A stretch of 64,000 nt of DNA from an uncultured Acidobacteriota bacterium (GTDB lineage: Bacteria; Acidobacteriota; Thermoanaerobaculia; UBA5066; Gp7-AA6): contig CAVXTP010000006.1 in assembly GCA_963764715.1 (NCBI GenBank), positions 384,001 through 448,000 on the forward strand, read 5' to 3'. This document shows positions 63,894 through 64,000 of the stretch, piece by piece. The first letter of the stretch is position 1. Each line of letters opens with the position of its first letter. The notes beneath the pieces are model-generated. The model was not told the DNA's origin, did not search any database, and was given only the letters and a program-made list of their open reading frames with translations. Both the position numbers and the translations under genes were made by a program.

Positions 63894-64000
63894 CGGCCTC
63901 CGGACGCAACGCCGAGCCCCTGCGCGGCCTGACGATCGACCTCCCCGTGCGCTTCGCCGAGTGCGACCCCTACGGGGTCGTGTGGCACGGCCACTACGTC
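63890..64000 (+). CDS. Hotdog-fold acyl-CoA thioesterase (partial)
   Basis: MTASG...PVRFAECDPYGVVWHGHYV matches the 4HBT-type motif; ATGA overlap. Confidence 0.8.
   Translation, partial: MTASGRNAEPLRGLTIDLPVRFAECDPYGVVWHGHYV

Overview
High-GC bacterial chromosomal window; the gene repertoire (orphan duplicated ABC permeases, Cys-rich SLH-tailed beta-propeller proteins, kinase-TPR protein) suggests Acidobacteriota, probably Thermoanaerobaculia-like (inference). Left to right: a corrinoid-dependent demethylation operon (two non-pyrrolysine MttB-family methyltransferases, corrinoid protein, MetH-activation-domain-like gene), accessory envelope/redox genes, tRNA-Val and tRNA-Met, a nine-heme cytochrome, a lipid/polyketide cluster (FA hydroxylase, NodE/NodF-like KS+ACP, type III PKS), SLH surface proteins, the housekeeping block tilS-hpt-ftsH-[4-gene insert]-folP-cdaA-cdaR-glmM, ligA, and the start of a KS/CLF/thioesterase cluster. 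The best hidden feature is an exported thioredoxin-like selenoprotein candidate (36577-36939, minus strand): RBS, signal peptide, in-frame TGA in a U-P-I-C motif and a SECIS-like hairpin, missed by the ORF track. Numerous single-base frameshifts, including in glmM, point to long-read assembly errors rather than true pseudogenes.
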